From an uncultured virus (IMG/VR IMGVR_UViG_3300046001_003584) (lineage: Duplodnaviria; Heunggongvirae; Uroviricota; Caudoviricetes), in IMG/VR virus record IMGVR_UViG_3300046001_003584: DNA of 64,000 nt, one strand, 5' to 3'. Below the pieces are notes generated by a model that was not told the DNA's origin, searched no databases, and saw nothing but the letters and a program-made list of their open reading frames with translations. A program made the position numbers and the translations under genes. Of the stretch, positions 19,591 to 27,959 are shown one piece after another. Every line of letters begins with the position of its first letter. Within the stretch, counting starts at the first letter, position 1.

Positions 19591-20175
19591 TTATTGAAAG
19601 ATTTCCGGGTGATCTTTGCCAAATACTTTCATATATTTTCCGGCACTCATATCAGCTAGCATTTCAATTGGACTACCTGGGTAACTATCACCTGGTTTAA
19701 TCATATCCAATTCACCTTGACGGACATGAGTAAGTTCATGCAGGACCGTACGCATAATATCAACCATATTACGATTAGCAACATATACCCAAACATTATT
19801 ATCATTTGTACTATGGCGACCAGTATGATGACCTTCTTGTGCTTCTTCAGTATCGTAGCTGAATTCAATTTCGGGTACTGATTGTAGATTAAGTTTTTGT
19901 GCTGCAAATTGAATGAATTTCTGCATTATTGGGTTATCTGCTAAAAAGTCTGGTTCGTCATTTTCTTCATCTAGCTTGCCCTTAACCCAGTTATCCGGTG
20001 ATCGTTTGAATTTCCGCACAAATAGGTCATGTAGTGCTTTGCTAGTAATACTATGTCTACTAGCAACTTGACGCATTAATTTGTCAATCGTTGTGTAGTC
20101 ATGTTTTTGCAATGACGGCAAGCGTTTTGCCAATTCATTTGTAGCGGATTCAATAATAATGTGTTCAGTGAGCAT
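19591..20175 (-). CDS. Zincin-like metallopeptidase-domain protein
   Basis: RTVLHELTHVRQ (HExxH), downstream E in SPIEMLAD; start MLTEHIIIES; late promoter at 20180. Confidence 0.65.
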   Translation of the reverse strand: MLTEHIIIESATNELAKRLPSLQKHDYTTIDKLMRQVASRHSITSKALHDLFVRKFKRSPDNWVKGKLDEENDEPDFLADNPIMQKFIQFAAQKLNLQSVPEIEFSYDTEEAQEGHHTGRHSTNDNNVWVYVANRNMVDIMRTVLHELTHVRQGELDMIKPGDSYPGSPIEMLADMSAGKYMKVFGKDHPEIFQ

Positions 20176-20179
20176 TATG

Positions 20180-20187
20180 TATTTATC
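20180..20187 (-). promoter_or_regulatory. Late promoter GATAAATA (near-leaderless)
   Basis: Octamer 4 nt before the ATG. Confidence 0.65.
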
Positions 20188-20190
20188 AAA

Positions 20191-20271
20191 AGGTGCTCAC
20201 TTTAACGAACTAAATGGGTAGCGATTCCTATTCGTTGGCCAGCAGCCGGCCACACGGCCCTAAGGGTGTTC
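20191..20271 (-). ncRNA. Candidate structured RNA (three stems, possible double pseudoknot)
   Basis: GC-rich intergenic island: GGCC/GGCC and AACGAA/UUCGUU stems whose loops (UGCU, UCGCU) complement the 3' tail AGUGAGCA. Confidence 0.5.
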
Positions 20272-20724
20272 TTACCAAGAACTTTCTTTAAGTTCTAGTG
20301 TATATTTATCAAATCGTTTTAATCTGGCCAAGAATTCATTAGATTCTTCTGTTGATATTCCAGTAAGTTGTAATATAATTCTGTCACTATTTCCTGCGTT
20401 TGCACTAGCATAAGAAGTATTATGCCAATCAATTCCATACACTTCCCCTGCTTTCCAGTTGGTATGATTAACATCATCAAAGCAATAAAAATGCCCTGGT
20501 ACCCAATCTGTTAAATGAATACAGATTCTTTTAACAGTGAAAGGTTGATCCAAATTATAATGTTCTAAATTATCTTTAATAAAAGTAGAGACTTGATTTG
20601 GCTTTTGTCTATCTAAATTAATATTGCAATTTCTAAGTTTGATTAGATTGCTTAGTTGTTGAAGTAAAGTATCATTGATATTACTCCAATCACCGATAAA
20701 TGTACCTAATTTTGTGATGTTCAT
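20272..20724 (-). CDS. Cupin / Asp-beta-hydroxylase-like protein, possibly degenerate
   Basis: RICIHLTDWVPGH, WKAGEVY, SANAGNSDRIILQLTG; metal ligands not obvious. Confidence 0.5.
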   Translation of the reverse strand: MNITKLGTFIGDWSNINDTLLQQLSNLIKLRNCNINLDRQKPNQVSTFIKDNLEHYNLDQPFTVKRICIHLTDWVPGHFYCFDDVNHTNWKAGEVYGIDWHNTSYASANAGNSDRIILQLTGISTEESNEFLARLKRFDKYTLELKESSW

Positions 20725-20764
20725 ACTGATATTTAGTGTGAACTATTAATGTTAATATTAAACC

Positions 20765-21205
20765 TTAATTACACCAACTAGTTTTAGCTTCACCATAGTA
20801 TTCTCGGGCAAAACCTTGACTAATTAACATTTGTCTAAGACTTTGTCCATTTAATATTACATCACCCAACACACGCCCGCCATACTTGTCCCAATCCATG
20901 AGAACAATTTGTCTTTTAGTTGCTACTTCAATTGCATGTTTAGTGAAGGCAGTTGCTGCTTGACCTCGTTGCTCCTCACTAGGACATTTTGCCCTGAAAC
21001 CTTTTTCCGGTGTATCAACACCAAACACACGAATACTTAATTCTTTCTTTAATGGATCAGGTAAGAACGGTGCGTGAAAGGCTACCGTATCACCATCAAT
21101 AACCCTAGTTATTACAGCATCATATGTTACACCTTCTTTTTGTTTTTGTGCTAATACAACACTAGATAGTATTGTCAATGCTAATAATATTATTATTTTT
21201 TTCAT
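20765..21205 (-). CDS. Thermonuclease (SNase) with signal peptide
   Basis: RVIDGDT, IRVFGVDTPE, DKYGGRVLG; N-terminal signal peptide. Confidence 0.9.
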   Translation of the reverse strand: MKKIIILLALTILSSVVLAQKQKEGVTYDAVITRVIDGDTVAFHAPFLPDPLKKELSIRVFGVDTPEKGFRAKCPSEEQRGQAATAFTKHAIEVATKRQIVLMDWDKYGGRVLGDVILNGQSLRQMLISQGFAREYYGEAKTSWCN

Positions 21206-22578
21206 GTTGATTTAATGCGTTTCTTGTAATCTATAAAGTTTGCGTGTCTATCTTCTAATCCTGATAGTGAAGAATTAATTTTCTTAGTAACTGCGGCAGT
21301 ATCATCAAAGTTATTTATCCCCGGTTTAACTCTTGTGTTCCAATACCACAGTGCTACCTTTAACGCTATGTCAGGCCTTGCTGCAAGTTCAGGTTGTTTG
21401 AGTAAGTTTATCTTCAAGGCGTCACCTGCCATACGATAGTTGTCACGACCGGTCAATTGAATATATCCTCTGCCGTGATATCTAGCACCATCTCCCACTT
21501 GTTTATTACCAAGTATCTTAGCAGTTCTGGGTGAATGTTTAACATCGTATTTTTTAGCAAAATAATCTTTTACCTTTGGTTGTGGCTTTTCTTGTAACCT
21601 ACTAAAATTCCAAGTTTCATGTTTCGTCTGAGCTAAAAATTGTGCTAATTCTGATCCCTTCATTCCTTCTTTTTTTGCAGTTTGATATAAAACATTTTCT
21701 GCTTGTGTATCTACTGTGGGAGATGCTGCTTTAACTACGGGTGTTGCTGCTTTAACTTGTACTTCAGGAGCAGCATCGGGTTGAGTTATTTTAGATATTT
21801 TAGCTGTTCTAACTGGTTCTACCGGAGAATTATATTGATTAGCAGCACCTAATGCTCCCAATGCCATAGCACCACCAGCGACCCAGTTCTTCCAATCTTC
21901 TTCTAAATCATCTAGTTCAACTAATTGTCTATATGGCTCATCACCGGTCCATCTTGAACCCTGATCCATTGCTTCGCCGACTGCTGGATCCCACTTCATG
22001 CTCTTACTACCCTTGTGTATAGGAGCGAAGCCTTGCCCCTTGTAGAACTTTGTTAGTTTACTTTGACTTACTTGACCGTGTTGCCAAGGGAACAATGTTA
22101 GTGCAATTCCATCTGCTTGTGCCATGGCTTGCAATTCTTTCATTGCGCGTGAGCCGACCCCTTGACGTAGTGGATATGCTTGAAACCATTTTACTTCTAC
22201 TGCACCTCGTTTGCTGAAACTTGGGGTTAGTTCAAACATTGCAAGCTGCTGAGTGTCACCTTCGCCCCACATCATTACATGATTATTTTTAAAGATAGTT
22301 GGATACTTTTGATAGACCTTTTCAATCCAAGCCTTTGCGGCATCGTTGTTGCTTATTTTGATTGGTTCATCTTCCTTCATTAATTTACTAATGCGAGGCT
22401 TGAATAACTGTACTTCACCTTTGTTAGTTTTTAGTACAGGTTGATTGTGCTTGTCTTTAGTAAAGCCTTTAATCTCTGCTGGACTATTCTTAAATTTACC
22501 CTTGAGGATTTTATCACCAACTGATAACTTGGGCGGTTGATATGAGGCAGTCTCATTAATAAATTCAATTGCTCTCAT
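21202..22578 (-). CDS. Modular protein: GNAT-like domain plus GH19 (chitinase/lysozyme) domain
   Basis: MRAIEFINE start; LRQGVGSRAMK and LTKFYKGQGF (GNAT); AQFLAQTKHET, YHGRGYIQLTGRDNY, VTKKIN (GH19). Confidence 0.8.
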   Translation of the reverse strand: MRAIEFINETASYQPPKLSVGDKILKGKFKNSPAEIKGFTKDKHNQPVLKTNKGEVQLFKPRISKLMKEDEPIKISNNDAAKAWIEKVYQKYPTIFKNNHVMMWGEGDTQQLAMFELTPSFSKRGAVEVKWFQAYPLRQGVGSRAMKELQAMAQADGIALTLFPWQHGQVSQSKLTKFYKGQGFAPIHKGSKSMKWDPAVGEAMDQGSRWTGDEPYRQLVELDDLEEDWKNWVAGGAMALGALGAANQYNSPVEPVRTAKISKITQPDAAPEVQVKAATPVVKAASPTVDTQAENVLYQTAKKEGMKGSELAQFLAQTKHETWNFSRLQEKPQPKVKDYFAKKYDVKHSPRTAKILGNKQVGDGARYHGRGYIQLTGRDNYRMAGDALKINLLKQPELAARPDIALKVALWYWNTRVKPGINNFDDTAAVTKKINSSLSGLEDRHANFIDYKKRIKST

Positions 22579-23018
22579 TACTCACGGGCTTTTTTAAGTG
22601 TAGCACGAATCATCCATGCTTTCTTGGCATATAAGTCTTGTAGTTCAGCTAGATAATTGGCAATTCCCTGTGCTTTTTCTTCTGTTGCAATGTCAAATAA
22701 TTCAGTTACTAACTTAATCATTTTTTCACAATCAACTAGTAGTTCTTCAAGCATTAATTCAGCACGAGGAATTTTATGTTGTTCTTCAATGATACTCAAT
22801 TCAAGCATTCTGCCTAAGCTGCCTGGAGAATAACTGCCTAAAGTTCTGATATATTCGGCAATAGTATCAATAGTTCCATAGATTTCATCATACATTTTAT
22901 TTAAAAATTTATGATATTGCGGGAAATTGCTTCCTTCGATATTCCAGTGAAATCCGTGAGTTTTTGTATACAGTACAAATGTACTGCCCAATAGTGTTTT
23001 TAAGTTATCTGATAACAT
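22578..23018 (-). CDS. dps: Dps / ferritin-like DNA protection protein
   Basis: KTHGFHWNIEG, HKFL, DTIAEYIRTLG, KKAWMI. Confidence 0.9.
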   Translation of the reverse strand: MLSDNLKTLLGSTFVLYTKTHGFHWNIEGSNFPQYHKFLNKMYDEIYGTIDTIAEYIRTLGSYSPGSLGRMLELSIIEEQHKIPRAELMLEELLVDCEKMIKLVTELFDIATEEKAQGIANYLAELQDLYAKKAWMIRATLKKARE

Positions 23019-23020
23019 TA

Positions 23021-24172
23021 TTATCCTTTAGTTTTCTTTGTGTTGACATTGATGGCTTTACCACTACGCTCTGGATTGGGATCTTCTCTGCGTTTTCTTG
23101 CTGCTGCACTTGCACGACCCTTTTTACCTAAACTGTGTGCTTTACTTTGAGGCAAACATTTTGGTTTACCTTCTCCCGGCTCTCTTGCACATGGACCCTT
23201 GATATTACCTTTGGTATCCATGCGAACCCACTTTTCTTTATTAAACCAATCATGTAAACTTTCATCCGTTTGATTTATGCCTTCTAGTATAGAACTTTCA
23301 TTCTTACTACTATTACCCCAATTACTTGCACCTTTTTTACGACATTTGACTAATGCACCGCTAGCATAGGCACTTGGCCATACTTTATAACGGCTTTTTA
23401 CTTTATAGTAGCAAGCATCTTTCTTTTCATTCATTATCATTTCACTGAACATTGGTCCATTACAGTGTGGGCAACTATGTTGTTCCTCCGCCACACCTTG
23501 TTCTTTTTGACCTTGCTGTTGCGCCCATTGAGCAATTTTTCCAAAGAGTGTATCAGGAACACCGAGGTCTGTAGCAGCCTTTGGATCGCTAATATCAACT
23601 ACGTTAATAGTTCTATCAGCAAGTGGACCGCTTGATTGAATAGGGCCACCTGATGCAATCGTTGCGGCACCTGTGTATTTTTTTTCTGGATCATTTAGTC
23701 TTTGATCTAATCCCAATTGTTTAGCAACATTAGGAGCCACTGGTTTTATGTCAATAAATGATGCTGAGTTACTTGCAGTAGATAAATTTTGGTTGCGGCG
23801 CCAACTGGCTGCAACGTATGTGCCATTGGCTAATCTAACATAAGTGGTCACTGGAGCAAAGATATCTAATTCATTTAACTTGTCCTCCGACACACCTTGT
23901 TCGGTTGTTAGTGTACCAGTGCGTCTTTGTCCGGAACCTTTGAACATATCATTTGTTTCTTCATATGTTCCTGGATAAGGTATACCAACTGATTCTTTCT
24001 TAACATCATTTGCAAATTGTTTATTAGTTGCTTTTACAATGCCACTAAAACGCTTGTTGCCACGAGCAAAATCTTTTTCTTTATCTGCTTTACTGGCATC
24101 GGCTGCGGCAGCAGTTTTGTATTGTGCTAACTTTTCGTTAGATAGTTCTGTTAAAAAATCTGATGGTTTCAT
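23021..24172 (-). CDS. Mosaic putative head-packaged polyprotein
   Basis: MKPSDFLTE start; EQGVSE and EQGVAE linkers; CPHC; KKDACYYKVKSRYKVWPSAYASGALVKCRK; basic C-terminal domain. Confidence 0.6.
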   Translation of the reverse strand: MKPSDFLTELSNEKLAQYKTAAAADASKADKEKDFARGNKRFSGIVKATNKQFANDVKKESVGIPYPGTYEETNDMFKGSGQRRTGTLTTEQGVSEDKLNELDIFAPVTTYVRLANGTYVAASWRRNQNLSTASNSASFIDIKPVAPNVAKQLGLDQRLNDPEKKYTGAATIASGGPIQSSGPLADRTINVVDISDPKAATDLGVPDTLFGKIAQWAQQQGQKEQGVAEEQHSCPHCNGPMFSEMIMNEKKDACYYKVKSRYKVWPSAYASGALVKCRKKGASNWGNSSKNESSILEGINQTDESLHDWFNKEKWVRMDTKGNIKGPCAREPGEGKPKCLPQSKAHSLGKKGRASAAARKRREDPNPERSGKAINVNTKKTKG

Positions 24173-26090
24173 ATTATTTCTTATTCTTGTTATCTAACAT
24201 GCCGCGTTTGTTAGCAGTTGCCCAAGCAATGTTCTTAGCGACTTTCTTTGACTTGCCTGCCTTTTCTTCACTCTTTTCAATATGACTAACCATACGATCT
24301 ACTTTGGCACCTTCACTAACTTTTTTCTTAGCAGCATCCCATGCAGCATCAGTCTTTACATTGTATTCTTTACCACCGGCGCCAATATCAGCAATTTCGT
24401 CCTTGTCGAAATTTGGATATCTGGACCAGCGGGTGGAAGGTGTGTATCCTTTACGGCATAATTTCATCTCTGCGTTAGCTTGTTTGTCTGACATATAGGG
24501 ACTTGGAGAGCTGCCTTCCGCCACATCTTTCTCTGGTTCTGTTGGTTTGGGTTTCTTTCTGGGACTATCTAACCAAGGATACTTGGAGCCTTCCGCTACA
24601 TCTTGTGTTGCATACTTGGCGTACACCTTGCTATTTTCACCATAGCCATGTCTCCTAGCCATTTGTTGTAATTGCGCTTGGGTCTTGCCTTTGAAGTATT
24701 CTTTCTTTTCAGCATCGGTCATCAGGCGAATTTTTTCTTTGACACGAATTACTGATGCTGGCATAGCACCTTCTGCTATATTTTTATCTTGTAACCGTTT
24801 TTCTGCACGATTCAATCCAACACTTCTCATTGAAAATTTATGACCTGCTTTATTTGCAGATTTTGGGTCATTGTCTCTTATACCTTTACCAATAGTGGTA
24901 AATTGTTTATCTTGATCTTTCTCCGCTTTGTCATAGTAAGAAGTAACAGTGTCTCTATTCAATTCATCTAACTGGCCTTCTGACACACCTTGCTCCGGAG
25001 GTATAAAGTCTTCCAAATCCATACTAGAAAATCCTATAAAATCGTTTTGACTTCCGTGTGCCGCATTTTGTTTAATTTCTTGTACATACCGATCGGCACC
25101 TTCTGACAGATCACCGGCATCAAGTCCATCAATTGGATACATTACATATTGTTTATCTCCACGATGAAACGACACTGCATAGGAGTTACTGTCGGCCACG
25201 GCATAAATTTCAATAATGTATTTTCCGTCGTCGCTTTCAAAGTCTTCCTGAAAGAAAAATCTATCTCCCTGACCGTCTTTACGCTCAGGTGGTGCTAACT
25301 CGTTCAATCCTTTCGAGCCTTTCGCCACACCTTGCTCATTAAATCTTGTATCATGTTTCATTGCAAGTGCATCATTTGTCCGCGGATCGTCAATGAACTT
25401 TAATTCGTAATCAGGATGCTTCATTATCTGTTGATTGATATCATATGCTTTAGTGTGATGCTGCTGAGCCTTTTCTTTGTTACCTCTCTTTAGATATGTT
25501 CTTGACAAGTAAGTGTGATGTTGATATTTTGATTTCAAATCATCTAATGATTCATTAAAGCCTTCCGCCACACCTTGCTCTGTATGACTTAAAATATTAT
25601 TTTTAGGAACACGATATTTTGCCACAGTCTTTTCGGTGTTTCTTGGGCTTGGATCAACTGATTTAACAATAAGATGCCCGTCTTTCCAACCAACTATGGT
25701 GCCTTCAATTTCAGGATAATGATTGCTGTGATACCAAGTAATCTTATCACCGGGATCGTAACCTTCCGCCACATCTTTCTCTGGTTCTGGTTTCTTTCTG
25801 GGACTATCTAACCAAGGATACTTGGAGCCTTCTGACACACCTTTCTCTGGTTCTGTTGGTTTGGGGTTGGGGTTCTTTCTGGGATTATCTAACCAAGGAT
25901 ACTTGGAGCCTTCCTCCACATCTTTTGGTGTTACTCTATCGATACCTTTTTCTCTCCGTGAAATCATGCGTTGAGCAATGTCTTTATATTCACCTTTTTT
26001 AGCATCTGGGGTAAGTCCTTTAACTTGTGCTTTTGCTTTTTCTAAATAACTTGCTTTAGTAGCATCACTAACCTCCGCGACACCTTGCAT
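23484..26090 (-). repeat. Dispersed ~18-21 bp repeat (GAG)CAAGGTGTGGCGGAAGGC encoding (E)QGVAEG; further copies near 2387, 3925 and 54925
   Basis: Copies near 23484, 23884, 24513, 24588, 24975, 25317, 25560, 25761, 25827, 25908, 26071. Confidence 0.85.
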
Positions 26091-26543
26091 CTCTTGGCTG
26101 CTGATTAGATAATCCATAACACTAACCATCATGCTTTTTGCTGCGCCAATCTTCTCTGATACCCACTCTGGGAATTCAGATTGAACAGATAATCTCTCGT
26201 CTAAATCACTGGCAGCACGGGCGATAGTGTGTAAACTGTTCTTTAATGTGTGGCCTTCATGTTCACCTTGATCTAAATCATGTTTAACAAATCCGGTTCT
26301 TTTTAATCTGCCTTGTCCAGGAACAACAATTAAGTCTTGTTCTGAAAGATCATCTTCAGTGACTTTGCTTTCTACAATGCTATTAGCGTAAGGACCTTTC
26401 TTTTTAGATTTGCCCTTTATTAATTGTTGTACTGGTTTTAGTCCACGAACATTAGTATTTTCGCGGGTTTGAGTCATCATAGGCTGTGCTACGGTGGCAA
26501 CCGATCCTGCTGTTGTATTTTCTACTATTTGATTAAATCTCAT
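24174..26543 (-). CDS. Mosaic putative head-packaged polyprotein with many (Q/K)(G/D)V(A/S)EG linkers
   Basis: MRFNQIVE start; about 9 linker copies; three SKYPWLDxPRK peptide copies. Confidence 0.65.
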   Translation of the reverse strand: MRFNQIVENTTAGSVATVAQPMMTQTRENTNVRGLKPVQQLIKGKSKKKGPYANSIVESKVTEDDLSEQDLIVVPGQGRLKRTGFVKHDLDQGEHEGHTLKNSLHTIARAASDLDERLSVQSEFPEWVSEKIGAAKSMMVSVMDYLISSQEMQGVAEVSDATKASYLEKAKAQVKGLTPDAKKGEYKDIAQRMISRREKGIDRVTPKDVEEGSKYPWLDNPRKNPNPKPTEPEKGVSEGSKYPWLDSPRKKPEPEKDVAEGYDPGDKITWYHSNHYPEIEGTIVGWKDGHLIVKSVDPSPRNTEKTVAKYRVPKNNILSHTEQGVAEGFNESLDDLKSKYQHHTYLSRTYLKRGNKEKAQQHHTKAYDINQQIMKHPDYELKFIDDPRTNDALAMKHDTRFNEQGVAKGSKGLNELAPPERKDGQGDRFFFQEDFESDDGKYIIEIYAVADSNSYAVSFHRGDKQYVMYPIDGLDAGDLSEGADRYVQEIKQNAAHGSQNDFIGFSSMDLEDFIPPEQGVSEGQLDELNRDTVTSYYDKAEKDQDKQFTTIGKGIRDNDPKSANKAGHKFSMRSVGLNRAEKRLQDKNIAEGAMPASVIRVKEKIRLMTDAEKKEYFKGKTQAQLQQMARRHGYGENSKVYAKYATQDVAEGSKYPWLDSPRKKPKPTEPEKDVAEGSSPSPYMSDKQANAEMKLCRKGYTPSTRWSRYPNFDKDEIADIGAGGKEYNVKTDAAWDAAKKKVSEGAKVDRMVSHIEKSEEKAGKSKKVAKNIAWATANKRGMLDNKNKK

Positions 26544-26566
26544 GCTGGTTTCCCAAAGTTATAGAG

Positions 26567-26574
26567 TATTTATC
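26567..26574 (-). promoter_or_regulatory. Late promoter GATAAATA
   Basis: Octamer upstream of the ATG at 26543. Confidence 0.65.
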
Positions 26575-26595
26575 AAAATACCATAATATGGAAAC

Positions 26596-27921
26596 TTAAG
26601 AGATTTTTCCGTTTGTAGGGGCAGTTTTTGGTACACCGCTTCTTTTTATTTTACCTAACCCTAGTCTCGTAGAGTTGTCCTGAATGCTATACGGATTCAC
26701 ATCCACGGTTAGTGCGGTCTTAAATCGTGGATCATTTTTTTCTGACTCGGAAGGAATGTAACCACTTGCTTCACTTATTCCACCACGATATTGATTGTCT
26801 TTACGCCCACCGTATGGATTTATTGCTGAAGTCTTTTCACTGGCAAATTGCATAGTGTAATTTTCACCGACATTATATGTAGGATCAACTTTCTGTCTAG
26901 GCATACCTTTAGGTTGTTTTGGATCAACTGGATCAATATCTGTTGTTGTTAATCCAGTCTTTTTTAGTGCATCAATATACTTATGTTCTTCATCTTCACT
27001 TCCAAACGCCAGTATGGTACTAGGTGGTCCTTTACCAAAATCATGCTTTCCTAATCCTTTAAGATTGCTAATATGTTGACCTAACTTATACCAATCATAT
27101 ACATCACTAACATCTACTTTAACAGTACCTGCGGGCATCGTTGGTTTAAACTCTGGTCCAGGAGGAGGACCATTTGGATCATAATCTTCGTCTGTGACAT
27201 TACGATACATAGTTTCAAACGATAACTTCTCACTATGTAACTTGTTTCTTAAATCATACAACTTTGTAATATATCCCTGGCTACGCAACATCTTAAATGC
27301 TAAATTCTCAGGTGAAAATTCACCCCCTTTATCTAACCCTGCTTGTCTATATCTTTTGATTGTATCTAATATATGTTTTACTCTGCTGTACTTTCTTGAT
27401 TTGAGGGCAATCTCCATTACAGCTAATAACTTTTCATACTTACTTTTAGTGGCAGTTTGGTCAAAATCACTTCTACGCTTAGTGGGTATTCTTATCCACT
27501 GGTCATTAATTATACTATATTCACCTAAACTTACTACAGGTTCTCTACTGTCTTGTACATACAATTCTACTGGAATTTTATGAATTGTTATATCATGGGA
27601 ATCATTGTAAATTGTTTTCTTTGCATTGAATAACTCTTTATATACTTCATCTATAGGCAAATTGCCCATGTCTACTAATATATGCAAATCTAAATCACTG
27701 TGCTTTGTGTAACTAAATGCAGCATTACTGCCTGATATGGTGATGTCTTTTACATCTAAATCATGTACCCCTAATTCCGATAAAAAGTCTTGTGCTATCT
27801 TTATAAGTTGTTCTCTAACTTCTGACCGTAGTTTAGTACCGTTCCATAACTTTGGATTAAGTTTGTCGTGGAATGTAACTGCATCACTTAGTTTAAAACT
27901 GTTTAATTCTTTTAGGTTCAT
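26596..27921 (-). CDS. Pol-beta-fold nucleotidyltransferase with extra C-terminal modules
   Basis: ISGSNAAFSYTKHSDLDLHI (GS...DxD), PVELYVQD. Confidence 0.75.
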   Translation of the reverse strand: MNLKELNSFKLSDAVTFHDKLNPKLWNGTKLRSEVREQLIKIAQDFLSELGVHDLDVKDITISGSNAAFSYTKHSDLDLHILVDMGNLPIDEVYKELFNAKKTIYNDSHDITIHKIPVELYVQDSREPVVSLGEYSIINDQWIRIPTKRRSDFDQTATKSKYEKLLAVMEIALKSRKYSRVKHILDTIKRYRQAGLDKGGEFSPENLAFKMLRSQGYITKLYDLRNKLHSEKLSFETMYRNVTDEDYDPNGPPPGPEFKPTMPAGTVKVDVSDVYDWYKLGQHISNLKGLGKHDFGKGPPSTILAFGSEDEEHKYIDALKKTGLTTTDIDPVDPKQPKGMPRQKVDPTYNVGENYTMQFASEKTSAINPYGGRKDNQYRGGISEASGYIPSESEKNDPRFKTALTVDVNPYSIQDNSTRLGLGKIKRSGVPKTAPTNGKIS

Positions 27922-27925
27922 TAGT

Positions 27926-27933
27926 TATTTATC
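27926..27933 (-). promoter_or_regulatory. Late promoter GATAAATA (near-leaderless)
   Basis: Octamer 4 nt before the ATG, directly after a terminator. Confidence 0.65.
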
Positions 27934-27955
27934 AAAAAAAAGCCCCTTTCGGGGC
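27934..27955 (-). terminator. Rho-independent terminator
   Basis: GCCCC-GAAA-GGGGC followed by a T run. Confidence 0.9.
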
Positions 27956-27959
27956 CTTC

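Noticed and set aside
23484..26090. QGVAEG repeats as a CRISPR array
   Set aside because: Spacing is irregular (about 60-600 bp), copies are degenerate and in frame within ORFs, and no cas genes are present.
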